Assembly: GCA_021811185.1 (NCBI GenBank)
Contig: JAJZPL010000016.1
Span: 1-64,000 of the forward strand
Direction of reading: 5' to 3'
DNA length: 64,000 nucleotides
DNA from: a bacterium
GTDB lineage: Bacteria; Elusimicrobiota; Elusimicrobia; Elusimicrobiales; UBA9959
Part shown: positions 11,872 through 20,632 of the stretch, piece by piece
Layout of the letters: every line of letters begins with the position of its first letter
Position numbering within the stretch: the first letter of the stretch is position 1
The notes under the pieces: generated by a model
Seen by the model: the letters and a program-made list of their open reading frames with translations, nothing else
Told to the model about the DNA's origin: nothing
Database searches by the model: none
Program-made: the position numbers and the translations under genes

Positions 11872-12774
11872 ATGGCCCTGGACCTTTACCAGCTTAAAGC
11901 TTTTTTCGCGGTGGCGCGGACGCTGAACTATACCGAGGCGTCGAAACGGCTTTTCCTTACCCAGTCCGCGGTCAGCCACGCCGTGGCCAAGCTGGGGAAA
12001 AGCGCCGGCGGCCCCCTGTTCAAGCGGACGGGCGGCAAGCTGGCCCTTACCGAGACCGGCGGCATCCTTTACAAGGCCTGCGAGACCGTCTTTTACGAAC
12101 TGGAAAAAGCGGAGGAGCGGATAGCCGCGGCCAGGAACAAGAATATCGGCACTATAAGGCTGGGGGCCACGGTGGAGTTCGGCACTACGCTGCTGGTCAA
12201 ATACCTGAAAGGCTTCATAAAACGGAATCCCGGCATACATATAGATTTCCAGTTCCGCCACGAACTGCTGGCCCCCTTGTTGAGCGACGAAGTAGATATG
12301 ATAATCGACTGCAAAGACTACAAGGGCAGCGGCCTGGAGCAGACCCCGCTGTTCCGCGAGGAATACGCGGTGATCGCTTCGCCTGACTTCGTAAAGAAGC
12401 GCAAGCTGGCCTCCCCCGGCGACCTCTCCGCCTGCAATATCCTTTCTTTGGACAAAGGCGCGCTTTGGTGGGGGAATTTCCTGAACGCGCTGCCGGCGGG
12501 CAAACGGCCGGAGCTCAACACCGTAACCGAGCTGAACCATATCAGGGCCATCATCAACGCCGCCATGGAAGGCCTTGGGGTGGGCTTCGTGCCCAGGTAC
12601 TGCGTGCTGAAGGAATTCAAGGCAAAAACCCTGGTGACCGTGTTCCCGCAGTTGAAGCTGCTGGAGGACAATTTTTACGTTTACCAGAAGACCGGGCGCG
12701 CCGGCCTGGAGCGCCACCGCAATTTGTTAGACTACCTGAAGCATATCAAGGCTACCCAGCTGGAGAGGGCTTAG
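11872..12774 (+). CDS. LysR-family transcriptional regulator, divergent from pruA
   Basis: N-terminal HTH MALDLYQLKAFFAVARTLNYTEASKRLFLTQSAVSHAV; C-terminal LysR substrate-binding domain; classic divergent arrangement. Confidence 0.8.
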   Translation: MALDLYQLKAFFAVARTLNYTEASKRLFLTQSAVSHAVAKLGKSAGGPLFKRTGGKLALTETGGILYKACETVFYELEKAEERIAAARNKNIGTIRLGATVEFGTTLLVKYLKGFIKRNPGIHIDFQFRHELLAPLLSDEVDMIIDCKDYKGSGLEQTPLFREEYAVIASPDFVKKRKLASPGDLSACNILSLDKGALWWGNFLNALPAGKRPELNTVTELNHIRAIINAAMEGLGVGFVPRYCVLKEFKAKTLVTVFPQLKLLEDNFYVYQKTGRAGLERHRNLLDYLKHIKATQLERA

Positions 12775-12782
12775 GAGGGAAG

Positions 12783-13832
12783 ATGAAGACGATGGAAATA
12801 TCCTGCGCGGCAGTTTTTGCTCTTGTTTTGTCCGTGCCGGTCCTGGCGCAGGACAACCTGGAAACTCCGCCGGTGAACAGCGCCGAAGTCCGGTCCGTTA
12901 ACAGCTTCTTCGAACGCGGCCCGGCTAAGGAATACGGGCTCAAGACGGTTTACGTGGGCGGCGAAGTCGAAACCCCCGGGCCGGTGACGCTGGCGGACCT
13001 GCCGCTGCGCGGCCTGGCGGTGAAAGAGCTGGCCTTGGAGAAAGGCGCGCCGGTATTCAAGGGCGCTTATTACTTCACCGGCTATTCCCTTTACGACATC
13101 CTGAACTTTAAGCCGGTAAAAAAGGTCGGCTCCGGCTTCTCCCCCGAAACGGACCTGTACGTGGTGGTGGAGAACGACAAGGGCGAGAAAGCCGTTTTCA
13201 GCTGGGGCGAGATCTATTACACCCGGGATAATTTCGACGACCTTATTCCCAAAGACGCGCGCCCGATAAATCCCGCCAGGAGCGGGCAGGCCTGGCCCCT
13301 GCCGGCAGTTCCCCGGCTTATCTGCGGCGGGGACCTGTACAACGACCGGTACATAGAGAATCCCGCAAAGATCATGGTAAAGTCCGTTCCCGGCGTGTTT
13401 CCGGGAGAGAAGCACGCGGCGGCTTTCTCGCCCGAACTTGAAATAGTTTACGGCGGCACTACCACCGTGGTAGCGGACCCGGCCGGTTTTTTGCGCGGGC
13501 GCGGCAATCCCACAGCCTCATACGGACACGGCATGGGCTATAAAGGCCTGCAGACCACCGAAGGTTTCCTGCTGAAGGACATGCTGTTGAAGGCCGGCGT
13601 GAAGCAGCGGGGGTCCGGTTCTTCGCTGGTGGTGATCTCGGCAAAGGACGGCTACCGCTCTTCTTTCAGCCTGGCGGAGATCCTGAACCGCAACGACAGC
13701 GAGGACTTCCTGGTGGTGGACAAGGGCATGGACGACGCGGACGGGGGGCGGTTCGCCCTTTTCGTGCCTTCGGATTTCTTCGTGGACCGCAACATCCGCT
13801 CTATAGCGAAAGTGGAGATAATAAAGATCTGA
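12783..13832 (+). CDS. Secreted hypothetical protein (signal peptide, no recognisable domain)
   Basis: GGAGGGA RBS; N-terminal signal peptide AVFALVLSVPVLAQD; unique terminator downstream. Confidence 0.5.
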   Translation: MKTMEISCAAVFALVLSVPVLAQDNLETPPVNSAEVRSVNSFFERGPAKEYGLKTVYVGGEVETPGPVTLADLPLRGLAVKELALEKGAPVFKGAYYFTGYSLYDILNFKPVKKVGSGFSPETDLYVVVENDKGEKAVFSWGEIYYTRDNFDDLIPKDARPINPARSGQAWPLPAVPRLICGGDLYNDRYIENPAKIMVKSVPGVFPGEKHAAAFSPELEIVYGGTTTVVADPAGFLRGRGNPTASYGHGMGYKGLQTTEGFLLKDMLLKAGVKQRGSGSSLVVISAKDGYRSSFSLAEILNRNDSEDFLVVDKGMDDADGGRFALFVPSDFFVDRNIRSIAKVEIIKI

Positions 13833-13849
13833 CGGCCACCGGCGAGCGC

Positions 13850-13882
13850 GGATAAAACCCGGGTTGAGGCCCGGGTTTTTTT
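13850..13882 (+). terminator. Rho-independent terminator
   Basis: aaaacccgggttgaggcccggg + T9. Confidence 0.75.
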
Positions 13883-13972
13883 ATCCTGACAGTTTGTAAA
13901 TTCGGTTTTTTTGTTTGTTATAATCCGGGTAAGGCGGTATGGGACCGCGCAGCTAAATACGGGGGAGGGACT

Positions 13973-15709
13973 ATGGATAAGATATTGCGTATCGATATGG
14001 GCGCGGAAGGCGGGCCCAAGGTTACTGTTTCGCCTTTGGGGAAATATGCGGGGCTGGGCGGCCGCGCTATGACCTCGGCCGTCATTTCCGGCGAAGTGCC
14101 GGCGCTGGCGCACCCGCTGGGCGCCGAGAATAAACTTGTCATTTCGCCGGGCCTTCTTAGCGGCACCATAGCCGCCATGTCGGGCCGCATCTCCATCGGC
14201 TGCAAGAGCCCTCTTACCGGGGGCATCAAGGAGTCCAACTCCGGCGGCCAGGCCGCGCAGGTGCTGGCGCGGCTGGGCTACGCCGCGGTGATCCTGGAGG
14301 GAAAGCCCGGGACGGACGACCTGTACAAAATAATCATAAACAAGGACGGCGTTAAAATAGAGGTCGACAACAGCCTGAAACTGCTGCCGAACTACGACCT
14401 GATAGAAAAGCTGAAGCCGGTGTACGGCGACAAAATGGCCTGCCTCTCCATCGGGCCCGCAGGGGAAAGGAAAATGGCCATAGCCTCCATAGCCTGCACC
14501 GACATGGAGCAGCGCCCTACCCGGCACGCCGGCCGCGGCGGCCCCGGGGCCGTGATGGGCTCCAAAGGCGTGAAGGTGATAGTGTTGGACGATACCGGCA
14601 TGGCCATGCGCGCCCCGAAGGACCCTGAGAAGTTCCGCGACGCCAACAAGCGCTTCGTGGAGGGGCTGATGAAGCACCCGGTCTCGGGCCAGGGGCTGCC
14701 GGCCTACGGCTCCAACGTGCTTACGAACATCCTTAACGAGGCGGGCGGCTACCCCACGTATAACTTCAAAGAGGGACGGTTCGCCGGCGCCTCCAAGATC
14801 AGCGGCGAGGTGATGGCCGGGCTGGAGAGCAAGCGGGGCGGCAACCCTACCCATGGCTGCCACCGCGGCTGCGTGATCCGCTGCTCGGGCACCTACAACG
14901 ACAAGGACGGGCATTTCCTTTCGAAGCAGCCGGAATATGAAACGGTCTGGGCGCACGGCGGCAACTGCGGGATCGACGACCCCGACGCCGTGGCCATGCT
15001 GGACTTCCTGGACGACAACTACGGCGTTGACACCATCGACATGGGCGTGGCCATAGGCGTGGCCATGGACGCCGGCGTGGCCAAGTTCGGGGACGCCAAG
15101 GCGGCCATAGACCTGGTGCATGAAGTAGGGAAGGGCACGCCGATGGGGCGGATCCTCGGCGGCGGCGCGGCGGCCACCGGCAGGGCCTTCGGCGTGGAAC
15201 GCGTGCCCGTGGTGAAAGGGCAGGCCATGCCCGCCTACGATCCCCGGGCCGTTAAGGGGATGGGCGTGACTTACGCCACCTCCACGATGGGCGCGGACCA
15301 CACCGCCGGCTACGCGGTAACGTCGAACATCCTTAAGGTTGGCGGCTTCGTGGATCCGCTCAAGGCCGAGGGCCAGGTGGAACTTTCGCGCGGGCTGCAG
15401 ATAGCGACGGCCGCGGTGGATTCCACCGGCATGTGCCTGTTCACCGCGTTCGCCATCATCGACCAGCCGGAAACCTACCAGGCCCTGCTGGACCTGCTCA
15501 ACGCCTTCTACGGGCTTACCCTAACCGCGGACGGCGTGGTGGCGCTGGGGAAGAAGGTGCTCTCGATGGAACGGGACTTCAATACCAGGGCCGGCTTTAC
15601 TGCCAAGGACGACCGCCTGCCCAGGTATTTCAGCGCGGAGCCCGTGCCGCCTCACAACGTTACGTTCGACGTTAAGGATGAGGAACTGGACAAGGTGTTC
15701 AACTGGTAG
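13973..15709 (+). CDS. aor: Tungsten-containing aldehyde:ferredoxin oxidoreductase (AOR family)
   Basis: AOR N-terminal domain (LRIDMG...GGR...SPLTG) and C-terminal AOR domains; strong GGGGAGGGA RBS; 578 aa. Confidence 0.85.
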   Translation: MDKILRIDMGAEGGPKVTVSPLGKYAGLGGRAMTSAVISGEVPALAHPLGAENKLVISPGLLSGTIAAMSGRISIGCKSPLTGGIKESNSGGQAAQVLARLGYAAVILEGKPGTDDLYKIIINKDGVKIEVDNSLKLLPNYDLIEKLKPVYGDKMACLSIGPAGERKMAIASIACTDMEQRPTRHAGRGGPGAVMGSKGVKVIVLDDTGMAMRAPKDPEKFRDANKRFVEGLMKHPVSGQGLPAYGSNVLTNILNEAGGYPTYNFKEGRFAGASKISGEVMAGLESKRGGNPTHGCHRGCVIRCSGTYNDKDGHFLSKQPEYETVWAHGGNCGIDDPDAVAMLDFLDDNYGVDTIDMGVAIGVAMDAGVAKFGDAKAAIDLVHEVGKGTPMGRILGGGAAATGRAFGVERVPVVKGQAMPAYDPRAVKGMGVTYATSTMGADHTAGYAVTSNILKVGGFVDPLKAEGQVELSRGLQIATAAVDSTGMCLFTAFAIIDQPETYQALLDLLNAFYGLTLTADGVVALGKKVLSMERDFNTRAGFTAKDDRLPRYFSAEPVPPHNVTFDVKDEELDKVFNW

Positions 15710-15751
15710 AACGAAGGGCGGGGAGGGGCGCCTGCTCCTTCCCGCTTATTT

Positions 15752-15976
15752 ATGCGGATAAAAATAAAACTTTTCGCCTCGCTCAGGCAGGGACGCTTCG
15801 ACATTGCGGACCGGGACTTCCCGGATGGTTCCGCGATCCGGGACGTTCTTAAAGAGATCTCCGTGCCGGAGAAAGAGGCGCACATCATCTTTATTAACGG
15901 CAGGCACGCGGACCCGGGCTCCGTTCTTAAGGAAGGCGACACGCTGTCCGTCTTCCCGCTGATAGGCGGCGGGTAA
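15752..15976 (+). CDS. MoaD/ThiS-family sulfur-carrier protein (74 aa, C-terminal GG)
   Basis: Beta-grasp-sized ORF ending ...PLIGGG; immediately downstream of aor. Confidence 0.65.
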   Translation: MRIKIKLFASLRQGRFDIADRDFPDGSAIRDVLKEISVPEKEAHIIFINGRHADPGSVLKEGDTLSVFPLIGGG

Positions 15977-15985
15977 GACTGAATT

Positions 15986-17644
15986 TTAGCGGGAATAAAC
16001 GAAAGCCCGGGTCAGTTCTTCACCGGCGGTTTCCGGGGAAGTTTCTCCGGCTTTCCAGATAACCGCGCGGTCCAGCGCCCAGCGGGCGCGGACCTTGTTA
16101 AGAAGATAGTCGCGGACGACCAGCACCAGCGGAACATTGCCGTCCTTCGCCAGCCGGTCCAGGGCAGGCGCCCAGCCGCCGCCTTCCAGTTCCAGGAAAC
16201 CGACTTCATCTATAAAAACCGCGTCCGCGGCGGCTAGGGCCTCCGGGGAAAGTGCGGCCTTCCCCGAGGCTATCCCGGCATCATAAAAACCGAATTCTCC
16301 GGCGCGTACGCCGTCGCCTGCCGCACCGCGGCGGCAAAGGGGGACGCGCGCGCCCGAGCATAGGTCCACCAGGTCGAAGCCGGCGCGCTGACCGTCCGCC
16401 CAGAGTCCGGGCGCCAGGATCCCTCCCGGTTTTTTCCCCGCCCGCCGCAGGCCTTCCGCCAACTCCGATACGAATTCGCTTTTCCCCGAGCCGTGGCCGC
16501 CGGTTATTATAAATACCCGCGGTCCGCCCCGCTCGTCCAGCCAGAAAGGAGCGGAAGCGATCACTTTGGAGAGAGAGGCTAGCGGGCGGCGGGCCATCTC
16601 GCCGCCGCCGGGCAGCGCGGAGATGATTTCAGGCAGCGCGCTGAAAGCGTATTCGAGGGTCTCGAAGAAGACGCCGCCGCCCAGCCGTTCGAGGCCGGAA
16701 CGGATCCGCGGGTTGGTAAGTTCCGAGCCGATAGCGGAAAAACCGAACGTAAGTACGAAAGCCCGCACGGCCATGTAGAACCCGGCCCCGGCGCTGCCCA
16801 GGATGAGCCCGGCGGCAAGGGATACGCCCAGGACCCCGGCCCAGATCCCGGCCCGCTTAAGCAGGGCCCCTGCCCGGGGGTAGTACAGCGCGCAGGCCCC
16901 CGCATACGCCGCGGCCGCGGCGCAAAGCGCCGGCAGCGGCAGCCTGCGCCCGGCCGCCATGACCGTTATTACCAGCAGGAAGTGCAGGATAAGCGCCGGG
17001 ATCGAGCGCCCGGCCGCGGCTTTTGCGGACTTTACCCGTATATTCCCGGGCCTGGCGCGCGGCGCGGAGGGCGCCGGGCCGGAAGTTCTTCCGCCTTTAA
17101 ACCCGGCGGCGGCGGCCAGGGCGCCGGCGAGAAAATACAGCCCGAGCAGGAGCAGCAGCGGGGGCCACGCGCCTTCGGGGACAAGGACGGTCTTCGCATG
17201 CAGCCAGCTGAGGCCGCGCAGGTAGATATTCACCGTGTCGGGGCCGTAATAAAGCAGCATAGTGCCTGTTTTCTGGACGATAGCCCAGCTCATGGCCAGG
17301 CCGCCGGCAAGGCCATAGCCGGCGGGATTGCCGCCCAGCAGGCGCACGCCGGCCTCGGCCAGCAGGCCCTCCATGGAGATGGCCAGCATCGGGCCGAAGA
17401 TGACCGCGCTGGGGGAGATGGATTTCATGGCCGCGCAGACGAGGCCGGTCCGCCAGAGCAGGCCGGGCTCCGGCCAGAGCTGGTGCCCCGCCACCAGGAC
17501 GGCTATGCCGATGGCGGTAAGGAATTCGCCGGAGAACGGGACCCGGGCGTTATGCAGGAAGGTGCCCAGCACTATTTCGGAGGCGGCCCAGATGCTGCCG
17601 AGCACCGCCGCCTTGCGCCATAACAGGAGTTTGTGACTTGCCAT
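15986..17644 (-). CDS. Fusion protein: N-terminal polytopic membrane domain plus C-terminal THEP1/DUF2478-like P-loop NTPase
   Basis: About 10 predicted TM segments then Walker A GGHGSGKS, GFDLVDL, and Walker B-like ADAVFIDEVGFLE; start set at MASHKLL (17644) with a GGAGA RBS; the track ORF extends to 17833. Confidence 0.6.
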   Translation of the reverse strand: MASHKLLLWRKAAVLGSIWAASEIVLGTFLHNARVPFSGEFLTAIGIAVLVAGHQLWPEPGLLWRTGLVCAAMKSISPSAVIFGPMLAISMEGLLAEAGVRLLGGNPAGYGLAGGLAMSWAIVQKTGTMLLYYGPDTVNIYLRGLSWLHAKTVLVPEGAWPPLLLLLGLYFLAGALAAAAGFKGGRTSGPAPSAPRARPGNIRVKSAKAAAGRSIPALILHFLLVITVMAAGRRLPLPALCAAAAAYAGACALYYPRAGALLKRAGIWAGVLGVSLAAGLILGSAGAGFYMAVRAFVLTFGFSAIGSELTNPRIRSGLERLGGGVFFETLEYAFSALPEIISALPGGGEMARRPLASLSKVIASAPFWLDERGGPRVFIITGGHGSGKSEFVSELAEGLRRAGKKPGGILAPGLWADGQRAGFDLVDLCSGARVPLCRRGAAGDGVRAGEFGFYDAGIASGKAALSPEALAAADAVFIDEVGFLELEGGGWAPALDRLAKDGNVPLVLVVRDYLLNKVRARWALDRAVIWKAGETSPETAGEELTRAFVYSR

Positions 17645-17657
17645 AGGTTCCGTGTCT

Positions 17658-17683
17658 CCGTTATATTTTGTAAAATATAACGG
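17658..17683. promoter_or_regulatory. Perfect 12-2-12 palindrome CCGTTATATTTT-GT-AAAATATAACGG resembling a ModE operator (CGnTATAT...ATATAnCG)
   Basis: Lies in the 39-bp gap between the divergent membrane-NTPase and modE-like start codons; overlaps the RBS of the minus-strand gene. Confidence 0.65.
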
Positions 17684-18031
17684 ATGCATATCAAGATAAA
17701 GATAGGTTTGCGCGATCCTAAGGACCGGCCGTTCATGGGGATAGGCACGGCGTGGCTGCTGCGCGGCGTAGAGAAGGCCGGTTCGCTCAGCGAGGCCGCC
17801 AAAGAAATGGAGATGTCCTACTCCAAGGCGCATAAGCTGGTGAAGACGCTGGATGCCGCGCTGGGGACGAAGGTGCTGGCCTCCGAGCGGGGCGGCAGCG
17901 ACCGCGGCGGCTCGGCGCTTACGCCGGAAGGCCTCCGCTTTCTGAAGCGCTACGAGGCGCTGGACGCTTCTATAAGAAAACAGTCCGAAAAACTCTTTAA
18001 AAAAACCTTCCCGGCCGGGCGGCTCAATTGA
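17684..18031 (+). CDS. modE: ModE N-terminal-domain-like molybdate/tungstate-responsive transcriptional regulator (no Mop/TOBE domain)
   Basis: Alignable to the E. coli ModE N-terminal winged helix (GSLSEAAKEMEMSYSKA vs GSISQGAKDAGISYKSA); 115 aa. Confidence 0.65.
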   Translation: MHIKIKIGLRDPKDRPFMGIGTAWLLRGVEKAGSLSEAAKEMEMSYSKAHKLVKTLDAALGTKVLASERGGSDRGGSALTPEGLRFLKRYEALDASIRKQSEKLFKKTFPAGRLN

Positions 18032-19038
18032 GCAAGCCGATAAAGATCTCTTTCGCGCTCCGCGAATGGACCGGCGCCGCCGGCGACCTCGGCATGAGCG
18101 TGCCGGTGCTGCTGGCGCTGTCCGCCGCCGGGGCGCTGGACCTGGGGCGCGCGCTGTTCCTGTTCGGCGCGGTCTATGTCTGCGCGGGGCTGTATTTCCG
18201 CGTGCCGCTGCCGGTGCAGCCGCTCAAAGCCGCCACTGCCGTGGCCATAGCCAGGGGCCTGGGGGGCGAGGCGCTCAGGGCCTGTTCGCTCTGGATGGCG
18301 GGGCTTTTCATACTTTTTTCCGTTACAGGGCTTTCGAATAAAATAAACCGCATCTTCACCCGCACCATAGTGCGCGGCATCCAGTGCGGGGTGGGCTTGC
18401 TGCTGTTAGGCGCCGCCTATAAAATACTTATGGCCGGCCCGCGCGCGGCCTGGGCGCCGTTCACCCCGGGCCAGGGCCTGCCGGGCCTGGCGGAGATGTG
18501 GACCGCGCTGTGGGTGCTGGTTATCCCGCAGCTGCCCATGACGCTGGGCAATTCCATAGCCGCCACCTGCGAGGTCAGTAATAATTACTTCGGCGAGGGC
18601 TCGGCCCGCGTGGAGCCGGGCAGGATCTCGCTCTCCATCGGCCTTTCCAACCTGGCGGCGGGGCTTTTCGGCGGGCTGCCCGTGTGCCACGGCTCCGGCG
18701 GGGTGACCGCCCATCATAAAATGGGGGCCCGCACCGCCGGCGCCACTATAATCATCGGTACGGCCTTTATTCTGCTGGCCTTGGCGCTGGGCTCGGCCGG
18801 CGCTGCGGCCTTGCTCAGGGCCATTCCTAACTGGCTGCTGGCCGCGCTGCTGGCTTATACGGGTGTGCTGCACGCCAAACTCGTGTTGGACCCGCAGGCC
18901 AGCCTGCCGGTGGCCGTGATCATGGGCTTTATAGGGCTCGCCACGCAGAACCTTACCTACGCCCTGGCTTTCGGGCTGGCCGCCGAGGCGGTCCGCAAGG
19001 CTGCCGCGAATTTGCGGCTGAAAACCGCGGTTTTTTAG
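18028..19038 (+). CDS. MOT1/SulP-related putative molybdate/tungstate permease (no STAS domain)
   Basis: Signature EWTGAAGDLGMSVPVLLAL matches the sulfate-transporter/MOT1 motif (ELSGAxGDLGTxIPI); polytopic; TTG start overlapping the modE-like stop; alternative ATG at 18094. Confidence 0.6.
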   Translation: MSKPIKISFALREWTGAAGDLGMSVPVLLALSAAGALDLGRALFLFGAVYVCAGLYFRVPLPVQPLKAATAVAIARGLGGEALRACSLWMAGLFILFSVTGLSNKINRIFTRTIVRGIQCGVGLLLLGAAYKILMAGPRAAWAPFTPGQGLPGLAEMWTALWVLVIPQLPMTLGNSIAATCEVSNNYFGEGSARVEPGRISLSIGLSNLAAGLFGGLPVCHGSGGVTAHHKMGARTAGATIIIGTAFILLALALGSAGAAALLRAIPNWLLAALLAYTGVLHAKLVLDPQASLPVAVIMGFIGLATQNLTYALAFGLAAEAVRKAAANLRLKTAVF

Positions 19039-19087
19039 CGCTCTGCCTATTTGATATCATAATAGCGGCGGTCTAAATTCCCAAGGG

Positions 19088-19912
19088 GTGCATATAATGA
19101 AAAACAATAAATTTATCCTAGCCGCTATCGCCGCGGCTTTCATGTTCGGCTGCCAGGCTAAGCCCGAAGTGGTCCGGCTGGCCACTACCACCAGCGTGCA
19201 GGACACCGGCCTGCTGGACGTGGTCGCCGAAGCTTTCCAGAAGGACGGCAAATATAAACTTCAGGCCATCGCCGTGGGTTCCGGCCAGGCCATGCAGCTC
19301 GGGAAGACCGGCGAAGCCGACATCCTGTGGGTGCACAGCCCCGACGACGAAAAACAATTCGTCGAAGAAGGCTTCGGCATCGACCGCACCACCTTCCTGC
19401 ATAACGACTTCGTGCTCCTCGGCCCCGCCGCGGACCCCGCCAAAGTGAAGGGCGTTAAAAAAGCCGCCGACGCTTTCAAAAAGATAGCCGCCGCCAAGGC
19501 GTTGTTCGTCTCCCGCGGCGACAAGTCCGGCACGCACAAGAAAGAGCTCAAGATCTGGGACGCCGCCAAGGTGAAACCCGCCGGCGACAAGTACATAGAG
19601 GCCGGGCAGGGCATGGCCGCCACGCTGACGCTGGCCAACGAGAAGAACGCCTATACGCTGGCGGACCGTTCCACGTACCTCTCCATGAAGGACAAGCTCG
19701 GCCTGGTGATAGTATGCGAGGGCGACGAAGCGCTGCTCAACCGCTACAGCCTGATCCTGGTGAACCCCGCCAAATTCCCCAAGGTCAACGCCGCCGGGGC
19801 CAGGGCCTTCTTCGATTTCGTGCTGTCCGCGCCGGCTAAAGAACTTATAGAGAGGTTCGGCCGGGACAAGTACGGCAAGCAGCTGTTCTTCTACGATTAC
19901 GCGGTAAAATAA
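19088..19912 (+). CDS. tupA: Tungstate ABC transporter substrate-binding lipoprotein (TupA family)
   Basis: Lipoprotein signal (FMFGC); RLATTTSVQDTGLLDVV anion-binding motif typical of TupA/WtpA. Confidence 0.8.
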   Translation: MHIMKNNKFILAAIAAAFMFGCQAKPEVVRLATTTSVQDTGLLDVVAEAFQKDGKYKLQAIAVGSGQAMQLGKTGEADILWVHSPDDEKQFVEEGFGIDRTTFLHNDFVLLGPAADPAKVKGVKKAADAFKKIAAAKALFVSRGDKSGTHKKELKIWDAAKVKPAGDKYIEAGQGMAATLTLANEKNAYTLADRSTYLSMKDKLGLVIVCEGDEALLNRYSLILVNPAKFPKVNAAGARAFFDFVLSAPAKELIERFGRDKYGKQLFFYDYAVK

Positions 19913-19930
19913 GAGCGGTTACAGGATAAA

Positions 19931-20632
19931 ATGGGCTTCATAGCGGAGGGCTTCAGGCAGGCCCTGCACCTTATCTTCTCGGGCGACCCCGAGATCTTCG
20001 GCATAGTGCGCCTTTCGCTCACGGTCTCCGTGCTGGCTACCTGCGCGGCCGCCCTGCTTGGCGTGCCGCTGGGCAGCTGGGTAGCCGTAAAGAAATTCCC
20101 GCTCAAGAGGCTCGTCATAACGCTCGCCAATACCGGCATGGGCCTGCCGCCGGTGGTGGCCGGCCTGGTGGTAATGCTGTTCCTGTCCAGGAGCGGGCCG
20201 CTGGCCTTCCTCAACTGGCTCTACACGCCTTACGGTATGGTGCTCGTCCAGTTCCTAATAGCGCTTCCGATAATAACCGCGCTGACCATAGCCGCCATGC
20301 AGGGCGTGGACCCCAGGTTCTACCAGCAGGTGCTCACGCTGGGCGCCACCGACTGGCAGGCCATCCTGGTCAGCATTAAGGAGCAGCGCCTGGCCGTGCT
20401 GGCCGCGGTGATAGCCGGCTTCGGCCGGCTTACCGCCGAGGTGGGCGCGGTGATGATAGTGGGCGGCAATATCCGTTACGAGACCCGCGTGCTGACCACC
20501 GCCACCGTGCTGGAAACGCAGAAAGGAAATTTCGACCTGGCCATAGCGCTGGGGCTGGTGCTGCTGGCGCTGAGCCTGGCCGTGAACCTGGCCCTCACCT
20601 GGGCGCAGCAGCGCAAGGCGGCGGCGCGATGA
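19931..20632 (+). CDS. tupB: Tungstate ABC transporter permease
   Basis: ABC permease with EAA-like loop; follows tupA. Confidence 0.8.
   Translation: MGFIAEGFRQALHLIFSGDPEIFGIVRLSLTVSVLATCAAALLGVPLGSWVAVKKFPLKRLVITLANTGMGLPPVVAGLVVMLFLSRSGPLAFLNWLYTPYGMVLVQFLIALPIITALTIAAMQGVDPRFYQQVLTLGATDWQAILVSIKEQRLAVLAAVIAGFGRLTAEVGAVMIVGGNIRYETRVLTTATVLETQKGNFDLAIALGLVLLALSLAVNLALTWAQQRKAAAR

Noticed and set aside
17645-17833. N-terminal 63-aa extension of the membrane-NTPase ORF (and 11778-11849 for pruA)
   Set aside because: No homology in the extensions. Internal ATGs with good RBS or homology-consistent starts are at 17644 and 11777. The extensions would run through the divergent promoter and operator regions.
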